Assembly (NCBI GenBank): GCA_964199315.1
Contig: OZ116708.1
Coordinates: forward strand, 6,324,001-6,388,000
Direction: 5' to 3'
Length of the DNA stretch: 64,000 bases
DNA from: Orbicella franksi
Lineage: Eukaryota
Below the pieces are notes generated by a model. It was not told the DNA's origin and ran no database searches. It was given only the letters and a program-made list of their open reading frames with translations. A program made the position numbers and the translations under genes. Shown piece by piece: positions 37,401 to 49,200 of the stretch (the first letter of the stretch is position 1; the number at the start of each line of letters is the position of its first letter).

Positions 37401-40400
37401 TTTTATTGCTCCCCCAGTCAGTCCAGAACATTAAGCTGTCGTGATCAAAAAAAACAAAACAAAACAAAAAACAAAACAAAAACAAAAACAAAAACAAAAA
37501 ATATGCGTCATACTTATGTGATATACATGAATTCCCTGATGGGATGGTTAGATGTTTTGTCCGACCCTCTTTTAAAACAAAGTTATGTCGTAACGGTCTA
37601 TATCAGGCGCTGCTAAATGCATTCATATAATTATAGCCTAATTAATGTAAACATTCTCGTAAAAACCTTGTGTACATTAAAGAAAGGCGTCTAAGGTCTT
37701 ACTAACTATTCTCGAAAATAAACCGGCCGCCAAATGTCAAACGAAAAGTGTCTTTTAGAACTCAATTTGTATTTAACAAATAAAGAAGCCTCGACTGTTC
37801 TCTGTTCTGTTGTAAAGCACGCAGGAAGCGGTAGGGAACAAAAGTTGTGTAGAAGGAAACACGAGCGGTAGTCGAGTGTTTCTCCCTACTTCACGAGTGC
37901 TCTACCGCTTCCTAAGTGCTCTACAGCAGAACAAAGCACAGTCGAGGGTTCTTTATTAGTTTTATGATAAGCGTGCATCTGTTCTCTGATAAAGCAAGCT
38001 AAAATAAGCCAATCACTATCCTTGTTAGAAATGTTCAAATGATTTGATTGGCTAACGAAACAACAGCTGTTAATCATAAACTGAACTTCACTGAGCTAAC
38101 CTTCAACGATTGGCTTTTGAGAGAAGAACGATCGTTTCAAAGGTTCGCTTTTTAGTTTATTATTATTATTATTATTATTATTTATTATTTTTTTTAATGA
38201 AGATCTGAATCTTTCTAGTCAAGAGGAATCAAGCCGCATTGTGTCTAATGAAAACGTGCACTTTTCCGATGGAAATTACAAAACAAGGAGCTTAAAGCTT
38301 GCGAATGAAAATGCGAAATCCTGAGTTGCATTTGAAAGGAGCTACAACGGATTGCAGCCGCTTGCAGCAAGATTGCCCGAACCAGCGTCAAAGTTGGAAA
38401 GACTAGACTGTTCCCACCGGTTTTACTCCGAGTCATTTCTTGGTTTTATCTTCAATGATTATCAATTACACGAATTTTCTTTAATATCCTTTCATTCAGC
38501 GATTTTTTCTTGAGAAATTTATGCTTTTTAAAAAAGCGAACGGCACTTGCTAAATGATTTGTGTATTTTGTTCGTGGAGATTCCCTTGTTTTGTTTGTTC
38601 AATTCATTCGATTTGGTTAAATGCCTATTGGTGAATTAAGGTTATTGTGTTGAGTATGAAAATGATTAGAATTTTTTGGTAGCTCTGCTTTTTAGGCTTG
38701 GCTAAGGCTCTATATTAATCAATGTCATTGTGAATACCTGTTATCTAGGTCCAGAGCTATTGCTCTGGGTTTCGCAAGGCCCGAAGAAATTAGAACACGT
38801 TGGTTATTGCCATCTAGGTCTGATACTGATATGGTATCTTTGGTCGTATCAGTCCAGTACAGCTGTGATGCCCTCCAGTCCACCGCCAGTCCATCGCAAA
38901 CACCGATGCCTGTGATAATTGTTGTCGTGCTTGCAAAGCTAATGCGGAAACGTTTGATGTTTAAATCTGTTACATCACTCCAGAATATGTAACCCAAGCT
39001 GAAATGAACGTCTATAGCAACAGCTCTTGATAAACCTGAAACAACTGAACTTAGGGCGCCAGTGTTATAATCCATGGTGACAATATCTGATGTGTTTGCT
39101 ACCAGCAAACATGGTGGACTGCACAAAGTGGCTAGGGACCAAAAAAAAATGAACGAGAAGTGAATTACTAAAGTGTATCTGTGTGAGAAAAATAAAATTA
39201 CTTGATATTGATATAGCTTGCAATTCAAAAAAGAAGACTAGGGATGAATCAAAACCGTTGAAGTCATCGTCCCCCCTCTTAAGGTAACTTCTCGTCAGGT
39301 AGATTTTAGCCCAAAACCAGCAGTTAAATGTCCTAATTGCCTATTTCCAGGCAAATCTCTTGTTTCGAGTATACCAGACTAACATTTCCTTGCACTTTGG
39401 GTTAGATGATTTCAAAAAAGCAAATTGAGTTTTTATTCTTAATTCGTGCGGAGCGCATCATGATGTAAGTCGTTTACTCCAAGTCGATTCAGTTTCTTTG
39501 CGGGTTCCCTAGCCCTCCTCCTCCGCCCCCCCCCCCCAGCCCCCTTCTCCCCTGCCCCGTCATAAAATTTTCACTCTCTACCGTGCATCATCGAGTAAGC
39601 ACATCGTATAGGTTTCGCATCCAATTGGGTTTACCCCTGGGAGTAGCAATTTACATCTATTACATATCTAAAAGGCACTCACACCTCATGAGCTTACACG
39701 CATCACCAAGGTGAACTAAAAAAAAGACTAGAAGCAATGCAGCCACATAACTAAACCGAAACCCCGCTATTCTCCCACCAAAAACCGAAAAACCGAATCG
39801 CAAACAAGAAAAAAAATGAAAAGAAAAAATCGTTAAAAAAGCAACAGATATCAAGTATTTTAAGTGCAAAAACCGTAAAATAATAATAATAAAAAAACGA
39901 CCCATAAACCGACAACACCCAGTCTTATAGGGCACGCTTGAAATTCGTAGCTTTTACTTTGCGTATATTAATATGGAGCCAAGAGGCTGTTAGGTAGGTC
40001 AGGAGATGTCTTAATTTTAAATGTTTTGCTAACTGAAGAGTTCTTGAATTAGGCAAAGTAATAATAGTTTCAATGTTTCGGTGTTCTAGAGAAATACATT
40101 CCTGTTCTCATAGCAAAATTTTAAAGACAGCTTTATAATTTGTTTGGGTAAAACAGAGTGAAAGCTTTTCTCTGAACATAAACGCGCGTACTAGTCTACT
40201 ACTGGATGTATGGAAAAAAAAAAAACGAAAAAAAAAATGCACAAACCTTATTAGTAAATATTGCCAATTGAGCTTGTTTACACATCAATCATCAACCCAC
40301 ATTTTTTACTTTATCTATTGAATGGTTACGACCTTTTTCGTTTTTACTTTTGATGGTAAGACAGTGAAAACCAGCAAGAAGGATCGTCATGCTCAGTTAC

Positions 40401-40698
40401 ATGCTCTCGAACAAAGAACAAAGAAAAATAAACAAAACATAACGTGTGCATGCTTTACATAACAAATTATAAATAAACCGACAGGTTGGGGGCTTAACTT
40501 GCGTGAATCGTGCATTAGAGTGGCCTGTGTTGCAGACAGAAATTTAACCCAGTAAATGCTCTTGGAAGTTAGCAGAGAAATGGCAAAAATTAGTGGCACC
40601 ATAGCTACTATAGTTTTACCTGCACAAACGTTAAGACTTTGCCCATAAATCAGCGCCAAGAAGAGCAGCAGACGAATCGACCATCGGATGACACTCAT
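18216..40698 (-). CDS. Type I membrane protein, about 2180 aa: SP-(YWTD propeller-EGF)x3-CCP3-HYR-CCP3-HYR-CCP2-HYR2-CCP-membrane-proximal domain-GCC2/3-TM-Tyr-motif tail (LRP-like head, SVEP1-like stalk)
   Basis: 27 GT-AG exons with consistent phases: 40620-40698, 38738-39131, 37038-37435, 36123-36248, 34981-35386, ~34162-34559 (end in N gap), 33545-33670, 32359-32782, 31612-32009, 30916-31044, 30246-30419, 29659-29844, 29016-29198, 27656-27907, 27373-27567, 26734-26919, 26022-26219, 24711-24959, 24046-24225, 23538-23741, 22654-22896, 21946-22182, 21272-21460, 20082-20513, 19554-19712, 19086-19218, 18216-18492. Confidence 0.92.
18523..18790. repeat. (AAT)n-type microsatellites in the last intron
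   Basis: Seen directly, including a pure run at about 18743-18784. Confidence 0.85.
19086..19218 (-). CDS. Sub-region: transmembrane exon (absent from the ORF track)
   Basis: Translates [45 protein letters not shown]: a hydrophobic helix followed by a basic stop-transfer sequence, with canonical splice sites. Confidence 0.92.
22493..22647. mobile_element. Palindromic MITE, 155 bp
   Basis: ATTGACGTCAGTTTTTCATGCGTCTGTCCT ... AGGACAGACGCATGAAAAACTGACGTCAAT is a perfect 30-bp inverted repeat; the internal part also pairs. Confidence 0.88.
23176..23315. mobile_element. Palindromic MITE
   Basis: TATCAAACACTCAAGACACTGTTTCATCGG pairs imperfectly with CCGATGAAACACTGTCTCTTGTGTTTGATA. Confidence 0.75.
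24433..24608. mobile_element. Palindromic MITE
   Basis: AGCCCTTTTCACGGTTA pairs with TAACCGTGAAAAGGGCT; inner GAGGCAATTTCGGGCTA pairs with TAGCCCGAAATTGCCTC. Confidence 0.82.
26348..26497. mobile_element. Degenerate MITE
   Basis: TTTATACCATGTCTTAGAAATTACAG pairs imperfectly with CTGTATTTTCTAAAGCAAGGTAAAA. Confidence 0.55.
27036..27290 (+). mobile_element. tRNA-derived SINE, degenerate copy
   Basis: A-box-like and B-box-like head; the body AACTGGTCGGCCTCCAACCAGTAGGGAT is shared with the 58047 copy. Confidence 0.65.
28010..28900. repeat. Degenerate ~100-bp repeat units (GTACTxTTTATT...ACAAGGTGGTT...CCATTCAAATGAAAGCTA type) interleaved with a MITE remnant and (ATT)n
   Basis: Similar blocks at about 28012, 28600 and 28745. 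The family resembles one I recall from stony-coral genomes (not verified). Confidence 0.55.
29335..29560. mobile_element. Degenerate palindromic MITE
   Basis: GTTGTGTGTTTAGTTACCTGGCTTGTGAAT pairs imperfectly with ATTCAAAGCCCAGGCCACTAATCGGACAAC. Confidence 0.6.
30916..39131 (-). CDS. Sub-region: three LDLR class B (YWTD) beta-propellers, each followed by an EGF domain
   Basis: Repeated YWTD/YWSD/FWVD, GLAVDW, PRAIALD and HPFGLA motifs. EGF exons of the CxxxNGGCSHxC...CxCPxG type at 36123, 33545 and 30916. Confidence 0.93.
34035..34169. other. Assembly gap (135 N) hiding the 3' end and donor site of a YWTD exon
   Basis: N run seen directly. Confidence 0.98.
36352..36625. mobile_element. Non-autonomous DNA element remnant (CGTCCACAC...GTGTGGACG ends); related copy at about 49300-49560
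   Basis: Inverted terminal CGTCCACAC / GTGTGGACG; similar GGAAACGGAG and GAGTGTGGAC blocks near 49410-49525. Confidence 0.55.
37779..37957. mobile_element. Palindromic MITE
   Basis: AATAAAGAAGCCTCGACTG...GGAAGCGGTAG pairs with CTACCGCTTCC...CAGTCGAGGGTTCTTTATT. Confidence 0.8.
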
Positions 40699-40724
40699 GG
40701 TTACCGGAAATAGTCTAGTCCCTG

Positions 40725-43233
40725 CTTGAGATAATAATAAAAATAATAATAATGAAAACGAGAAACAATGTTAACAAACGACTGACAATGCCAATAGTGC
40801 ACAGCCATTAATTTGACTCAAAAATATAAGTCTTACCAAATAGAAACGCAACCCAAACAGCGTTTTGCAAGAATCGCGGCCGAAGGACAAACACAATACT
40901 TGACTTGTGTCGTAATCGCGCTAGATCCGCAGGTCACTCAGTTCGAGAGTCTGGTTATGTCCGATGATGTTCTAAACGTCTTCTACAATCGCAAGACGAA
41001 ACGTTTGCGACTAGTGCAGAAAAAAAAACAATGATTAAACAAAGAAACGACTAACTTAAATGACACGCACAGCTTTTCGTTAATAGTCAAATGTCATATA
41101 CGCGAAGACTGGTGTACAGAATTTCGCGCATGCGAAGCTGTGTCATTTCAGGGACTTCCCCTTTTCTTTGGTTTTCATGTATTTAGAGATAATGAAAGAT
41201 TGATCTGAAAGTCGATGTCAGTTTCATCTACTTCGTCACATCACTTCTTCCACAAAGAGAGAAACGTAAAGAACAGACAAATCCCGGAAATATGTCGTAG
41301 GATTAAGAAAGAAATGAATTAAATTTCGAGAAAAGCGTGCCAGGCACCAGAAACCCCCTCCCCTAGGGGGGATGGGAAAACTACCTTATAAAAGAGAGGG
41401 GGTGCCCGTAGAAAATTTTCAGAAGAACCTCTTGAAGGCGCCAAAGATTCGTTTTGTGAACGTTGCCTTAATTCACTTTCACTGCAAACAGCACATTTAC
41501 GAGCACCTTCCTTCCCCCCTCAGTAGCCAAAATCGTGCTTGTGGCCATCAATGAGACCCCAAGTTGACCCCGTTTCAACCATGAAGCCAAATAAAGCGAA
41601 AAGGAAACACAAACAAACTAGCAGACAAGCGATATTGTTCTCACTTTATGCCTGCAAATAAACTAAAGGTTAGGGGTTAGTTCAATGCAGTGTAAATGGC
41701 ACGCGGTAAATAAACGAGAAGTTATTTTTCTTGCATAGAAGCTACTTCTGAAATAGTCTGATGTCCTCTAGACTGTTGATTTGTTTTAAGCCATTGTATT
41801 AAGCTGTGCATGCATAAAAGTTGTTCGCATCCCCGACAATGAAGTATTTCTGCTACTCGAAGTAATTGCATATCATGCTGAGACCGAGACCTGCTGTCGG
41901 TAAATTAAAGGTAAGTAGAATATAAATGTCACTCAGAAACTGGTTTCAGTGGCGGATCCTGACACAACCTGACGTTTTACGGCGAATATATCTTTATACG
42001 ATTGAGAAAATAGCTTCGATAATCCCGTGGGCAACAGCGCGATAAACATGCTGTATTCCCTCGATCGTAAAGCAATTGAGACGCAGCGTGAGTTAAAAGT
42101 AAGACTTGAACGATTTGAAAACATTTTGTTCGACTTCCTCTCCGTTTGATTCCGTTAAAATACTAATTTGACCCTTGCATGGCCGTTTTTAACTTGTTAA
42201 GAGTTTTCTTAATTAACACCAGACGTTGTTTCGGCGGATTGTGTGCTCTCTCATCGTTATAAACAGAATCTTTGCCTTTAAGTATTTTCTCTGGGGCAGT
42301 GCACCCCACTGAATAATTGGTCAGTTATTTTAACGCTGAAAATCATCTGGTCCATTATATTGCAAAATGCACATTTCTGTTCTCTGGGATGGAGAGTAGG
42401 AGGCTGCGTATCTAAACTGTAACTTCTCCAGAGGCACTAGAATTTCGCTATCAAGACTGGTTTTAAAACAGGTTTGAATGCGTTACTGTGGACTTTCAAT
42501 GGGTCGCAATAAACAGAGGATACCAACTAGGATGAATAGACGCAATTACAGTTCTCAATTTGGAAAGTTTCTGTTGCGTGACGGCGAAAGTTAATTGTAA
42601 GGAAATGCTGAAAGACAGACAAGAAGTTGTTTTGCGAGCTATACACTTGTATATTGTATAATATAAACCTGCCTAAATTAAACTTGTATCGTACCTACTG
42701 AAATTGCTGTGAAAGCATTCCTAATAACACTAAATGGTTTGTATCTTGCAGTTGTTTCGGGCTGATCATGTGCACAGCACCTGATTACTGATTTAGTTTG
42801 AAGTATTCGCAACCTTAAGCAACTGTCATTTGCAATGCAAATTAATAAATCTTAGGAGCTTTCTCAGCAAAACGTTATTGTAACTGGTTTCTTGGTTACA
42901 ACATCCACATCAAATCAAATTTGTATCCTATCTATTCCATCTATGTTTAGACTTGACGTTTTTTCATAATAGTTAACACGCAGTATACTACTATATATTG
43001 TATAATGTATACTCACAATGTTTGAAATCGCAGCTTATAACTCTATCCAGATCGAAAGCACTTTGACATTAATGACAAACATCTACTTTGACGCATACTT
43101 AAAAATAGCTCCGTTTAAGCGGGGATTTCCCTTTTCAGAACAAAGAACCAATCCGACCGCTCCAAGCAGAAGACCTTAACAGACCGCCTTGTTATTTATT
43201 TCAGCATTCCAAGCCACCTGAGGCTTCGGTAAT
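40725..43233. promoter_or_regulatory. Divergent intergenic/promoter region with two kappaB-consensus sites
   Basis: GGGACTTCCC at 41151-41160; GGGGATTTCCC at 43121-43131; CGCGCATGCG at about 41125; CCAAT at about 43147. A probable 5' UTR intron of the minus gene spans about 40725-40836. Confidence 0.55.
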
Positions 43234-46200
43234 ATGGACTCTTTTACCAAGTTCCTCATTTTAGTGTTAGCATTTAGTGTCAGCCAATATGGCGTCGATG
43301 CTTGCGGAGGCTGCGGTCCTTGTAAGTATTCTTGTTAATCTTTCCTTTGCTTATTTACTGAACCGATGGGCTTGAAGTAATTTATTGCTTCCATAAGCAC
43401 AATTTCTTGTTCGGTGTTTTTAACGGCATGAAAGCCCTATCTCGATGAAGATATTAAGCTGTACTGTAGTATCACCTCCCGTTTGAACTATCTATTGTTA
43501 TTTGTTCTCCATGAAACATGTAGCTGGGAAACACGGTTTTGGCTATGGATCAGAAGAGTTATAAAATAAGTTGGGGTAAAAAATATATTTCTGTGGTCAG
43601 GATATATCACCTGGTACATCCAGATCCGCTTTTGCAACTCGATGCTGGTAGATCATTAACCCAGTGTTACCTTATCATAAGCTATATGAAGACAGTGTCT
43701 GTCATTGAGCAGAATTCCTTTCAATCCGTGGTTGCTCTGCGTTCACAAAAACATCTGGCGAGTCATAAGGAAGTTTCTCAACAGACACAAGCCCGAGGCA
43801 GTTCGTTCACTGATGATCGATGATACGCAAAATGCTGAATTCACCCTCAACAGTGCTTTATTTTGGCTATGAAGGTTTCCTACGCGTTTAGAATATTATT
43901 TGTAGTTTTACAAAATTAATGAGGAGACCATAGGTGATAATTTGCGAAGGCCCAATCGAAATTCCGGTCTTTCTGGGAAATCTAAATTTGTTTCACTTCC
44001 TCGTCACAAAATGGAATTGTTTGTGTCAACGTTGCTCATAGAAACTCAAGCTGTCTTTTATTAGAAGGACACTGAACAAAATAATGCTCGCCACGTATCA
44101 GTCAGATGTGTGAGAAATCGATCTTTTGTTAGGAGTGTAAGAAACAAACACGTTAGATATGAAACCTCAGTGCATTCGACCAACGCATAGATCAGATCTA
44201 TTCAGCAAATAAAGAAAGGGACAAATCCCGTCAGAAGGGACAAAACCCTGTTTCATGAAAGGGTCTTTGTGTCGTGTGGCACACCTTCATAAACAAATTT
44301 AGCGTGAAAACCGTACGTAAGTTTCTAACTTTAGCAAGTCGCAATCGACCTTGTCCGCAATCTAACCATTTTGATTGCCTTGCTATGAGCTCTTTGGCGT
44401 TTTTCTTTGCTTATTTTAAGGTATTGTTTTGAATTCTTTCAATCTGCAGTATTATTTTGCATACAGCTAGCGTGACAGCGTTATGTTTGGAAATTTTGGT
44501 CGTCCCATCTCATAAGTGCAGTTTAATCAAATGATGTTCAGTAGAAACTTGCAGTATCACTGAAGCAAACAAATCACTTAAAAACCTGAGAAAAATGATA
44601 GCATTTCCGCATATTTCGTTCAAAGTAGTACATATATCATCAAACAAGCACAAACATATTCCGAAATATTAAGCAAATTAACCCGCATATAAATTGCTTG
44701 TTTTCCTGTGAAGATTAGGGGAAGTTTGCTAAGGACTTTGAGGTTATTTCGTGTTCGCTAAAAAGTTAATTGAAATGCTGTATAATACATTGTATACTCA
44801 ACTCGCAACCGGCGTTTGGTGCACTTTATGGTTTGAAAGACCGCGACAAGGTAAACTAAAAAACAAAAATATTATTCAGTCTGTTAAATGCACGCGTCAT
44901 TTAACAGATTTAAGAGTAATTGCCACTAAAAATCAAAGAAATCGTGGCCACGGTCGAAAAATCGATTTGCTCATAATTTGCCAGTCTGAAGGCCTAGGTA
45001 AGTAACTGAAGGAAATCAAGTTAGTTTTTTGAAATATCCAATATAACGGCAGAAATTCACGAAAAACGGTTATCGCACCGAAAGCTCAGATTTCACTTCG
45101 CGATAATCCGAAATTTTACACTTTTCAGCTTCTTGCTACACAGTCGTTTACATCGCTGTAAAACGTTCTCAACTTTAAATGTATACATTGATTCTTCCTT
45201 AATCAAGAGATAGTGATAATTTTTATTTCTTGTGTTTTCTGGCCGAACTGAGCCCCGATTAAGTAGACATACTTTTCTAATTAAAACAAAACTCAAAAGT
45301 TATGTAAATTCAGTGAGGAAAAACGCTGACCGGTAGTGCTTCAAATCGTCTGATATTCTAGCAAAAGACAGTTCAGTCGATGAATTTTAGGCTTACGGAT
45401 TCATTTTTGTGGGATCTACTAGCAATTTTGCATGAACGCCGATCAAATATCGAGAAAATTGCAATTCAGCCCCTTTGAAATTTGCAATGTAACGCAACAC
45501 TCTAAAATAGGTAAAAATCTTTTGTTGGCTTGAGTCAGGACAATCGAAGCCTATTAATGTCTTTTAACGTTTGAAACGCTTTAGAAATAGTATTTAACTT
45601 AGAAATTGCCTGTAATAGCGAAAAAACACGAGTAGAACCAAACTTAATCACTCCCTAACTCTCCCTGTTTTGTGTCACGCATGAAATGACAATCTGTGGC
45701 GAAGGTCAAGTAATTTATGCAGCTTCGGGATAAGTGACGGAGTGTTTGAAGCGTTCAAAGTATTTCCCCACCAGTTGCTCTTAGATTCCCTTTGCGCTTA
45801 GATAACTCCTCCCAGAAGCAATTCAAATCTACAGGAGCAAGGATATTCGGGACGGCTAAAACGCACTGTTCAGCTTTCTCAAATAACAACGCGTCAGTAG
45901 AGCTTTACACTGCAGTCCACGGTGCTACTATGCAGCGAGTACGTGACGGACTTGGCAGATGCGTCAAATCTGCAAAAGATGATGGAGCTTTCTCCAGAAC
46001 TCAACCTTCAATTGCTTTTTCAAATTATGCGATATTTAGCTATCAGTTTGCTTTCATTTGAAGCTTCGTCCAGTACAAAAAGCCTACCTTTGCATTCAGC
46101 TCATTGATCGGGGTGGAAAAAGAGACGTCAGTATCAGTTTCATGATCAACTTGCAGGGTGAGAAAGGAAGAGGAAAGAGTTGAATTACATTGACAACGCT

Positions 46201-49200
46201 GGGGTGGGGATGAGAAATAACTCCTGATAAAAATTGCCTTGTCTACAAACCAAATTTGTGACGCCACGGTTGGTTTTCATTGCTATTTAGCACTGAAGCA
46301 TGAAGCATTTTTGTAGTCAATGACATGTCGGTATATCTTTAACCTACGTTGTGGTTTACACTTCTGAAAAAGTTAGTGCTACCTACTCTTTATCATGCTT
46401 TATCATGTAGTCTTGTGGATCGTTTTATACCACCAACTACTGCCTCATTCAGTTGACGAGCCTTTCTTCGACCCTGGTTTAACAAGCTTTTCAGTTCAAA
46501 TAAGTTAACAAGAAATAATTCGAAAACACTAGTATCCTGTGAGATGTTGGATGTGGCAACAAGGTGGCCAAACGTAATTAAGCAAATTGCGTGTGTGCAA
46601 CATTGGTGATATTCTTGCGCGCGTCAATTTTTTTTCCTTGCTTCTAGTCCAGTTCTGGCCCTTTCTCTGTCGCGAAACGTCGGGAGAGAGCCGAGAGAGA
46701 GGGACCCTCCCTCTCGACGTTGCGTGACATGGAGAGGGCCAGAACAGGACTATCTTGCTTCTGGCTAGTCATTGAGGGTGTGACCGTTAAAACTACGGAA
46801 ATTATTTATTTATTGTTCCTAAAGTATTTGCTTACCTCGACTTCCTTCAATGATGACAACTTTTAGCACAAGGACTGGCGTGTTGGTTTTTATCTGGTTA
46901 GACTGATTTTAAAGTACAAGCCGGCAGGTGCAAGTCAAGGCGGAATATGCGTTGTTATCATTGAGGAGAGTTTCTGGTTCTTTGTTCATCAAAGACTTCA
47001 GTCGTCACTGGCGCGCCTGAGCCCACAAGGAAGAACTGTTCTGAATCTTCTAGTAAACTTAGGGAATTGAATAAATTTCCATTTGCCGTGTGTGTAATTT
47101 CCACAGATCCTTGAGTGACATGAATCAACTTCTGGACCTGTACCTAATCAGGAGCCGGTCATGGGCTCCTGACCTAATCAATGAGATTGTCGATTCCAAG
47201 AAGTTTCTCGGTTTCTCAAAACGCACACGTTCGCCAAAAATATTCTTCACGTATGTCTCAATGCGATAAAATCTGAAGGACTTGGTGGCTTTTGATATCC
47301 TTGTTACACTGTATGAGCGGTATGACCGTAACTGCGTGCCGGCACAAATTCCACCGTATTGAAGAACGAACTCGCGCGGGGCGTCTCTAACTCATTCAGC
47401 TTACTTCGATTCTTCTTTGGTAAGTGCGTTGTTTGCTTGGTTATCGATACAACATTAACTTTTCGTGGAAATAGATAGCCTCCTACTGGCTAGCGACGGC
47501 ATAAAGCTTGTAATCCCTAACATCGTTCCAATATGTATATACTATTGGGACCTTTTATGCTTCGTTCGGCGGGTTAACTGGGCAATCTTCTCTTATTAAT
47601 GTATTATTTCGCACATCAGCAACAAAGATCTTGTTATTAAAATTTGACTCATTTTGAGCGGTGAAAAAATGGTTTTAAATTTGTTTCCCTTGAAAATCGC
47701 TCGAGCGTGACATTGGGCAGCGAGAAAATGGAGAGTGCGATTTAAAAGTTTGGTGTTTCTTTTTCTCTTTTTTTAAACTCTTGTCGGCGATTTTTTAAGT
47801 TAAATACTACTTTTAAAGCTTTTCAAATGTAAAAGACATTAATAGGCTTTGATTGCCCTGTCTCAAGCCAACAAGAATGGCTTACCTATTTTAGCGTGTT
47901 GCGTTACATTGCAAATTTCAAAGGGGCTGAATTGCAATTTTCTCGATTTTTGATCGGCGTTCATGCAAAATTGCTAGTAGATCCCACAAAAATGAATCCG
48001 TAAGCCTAAAATTCATCGACTGAACTGTCTTTTGCTAGAATATCAGACGATTTGAAGCACTACCGATCAGCTTTTTGCCTCACTGAATTTACATAACTTT
48101 TGAGTTTTGTTTTAATTAGAAAAGTATGTCTACTTAATCGGGGCTCAGTTCGGCCAGAAAACACAAGAAATAAAAATTATCACTATCTCTTGATTAAGGA
48201 AGAATCAGTGTATACATTTAAAGTTGAGAACGTTTCACAGCGATGTAAACGACTGTGTAGCAAGAAGCTGAAAAGTGTAAAATTTCGGATTATCGCGAAG
48301 TGAAATCTGAGCTTTCGGTGCGATAACCGTTTTTCGTGAATTTCTGCCGTTATATTGGATATTTCAAAAAACTAACTTGATTTCCTTCAGTTACTTACCT
48401 AGGCCTTCAAACTGGCAAATTATGAGCAAATCGATTTTTCGACCGTGGCCACATTTTTAGAATTTTCTTTGATTTTTACTGACATTTACTCGTAACCTTT
48501 TGATGAGGTGTACTTTAAATGTTTCGCACCGTTTATTTCGGTGTTTAAATTAAGTGAAATTATATCTGAATGAGTTTAAGTCTCCAAAACCATTTTTAGC
48601 ACTGATTCCGAAAATCTGAAAGATTTTTTTTTTTTTCGTTCACAGTTTTAGGTTGCGTCTCTTTGAGGTGGTCTGGATTTGGATCAATGATCCAAGATCA
48701 TTATGAGCATGGTAGATCAAATTGAAGGGACGGATGAATTTCACTCTAGTCTTGGATTCATAGCGTCGTGATCCGAGTGATGTTGGATCACTGATGACCC
48801 TGATTATATTAAGATCGTTCCGAAAATTAAAAGAATCACAAGAGTTAAAGCGACACCACACTTAAAAGTACGTACTGAGGCCTTATGTGTCATCCTGGCG
48901 CGAGGAGTTAGGCGAAGGTGAAGAAGTAAAATATTAAGATACTCGTTGCAAGAAAATTATGATACACTAAAGATTTCCCAACAAGTCTTGCAACAATGAT
49001 CAGCTGGTACCAAAAATCGACTTTTTGCTGACTACCCTACTGCTGTCTTATTTGTTTTGAAGATCGAAAGAGTGCTTTGTGCGGTCCTTGTTTGTTTTTC
49101 CTAATGTAATAAATTCGGTTCACGCAGGCTCGAAACTCGCGTTTAAACCAAACCAAAACTTAAAGCGAAATAGCTTATTCCAATATAGCACAGAAAATCT

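Noticed and set aside
30916-39131. Calling the gene LRP4/LRP5/LRP6
   Set aside because: There are no LDL-A repeats and no PPPSP motifs, and it has a sushi/HYR stalk. Orthology is not supported, so no symbol is given.
42006-42150. Short coding-looking frame (MLYSLDRKAIETQRELKVRLERFENILFDFLSV) between the two genes
   Set aside because: It is too short, with no splice or homology support.
45093-48303. Two near-identical 67-aa ORFs on opposite strands
   Set aside because: They are a consequence of the inverted-repeat arms, have no ATG start and show no recognisable motif.
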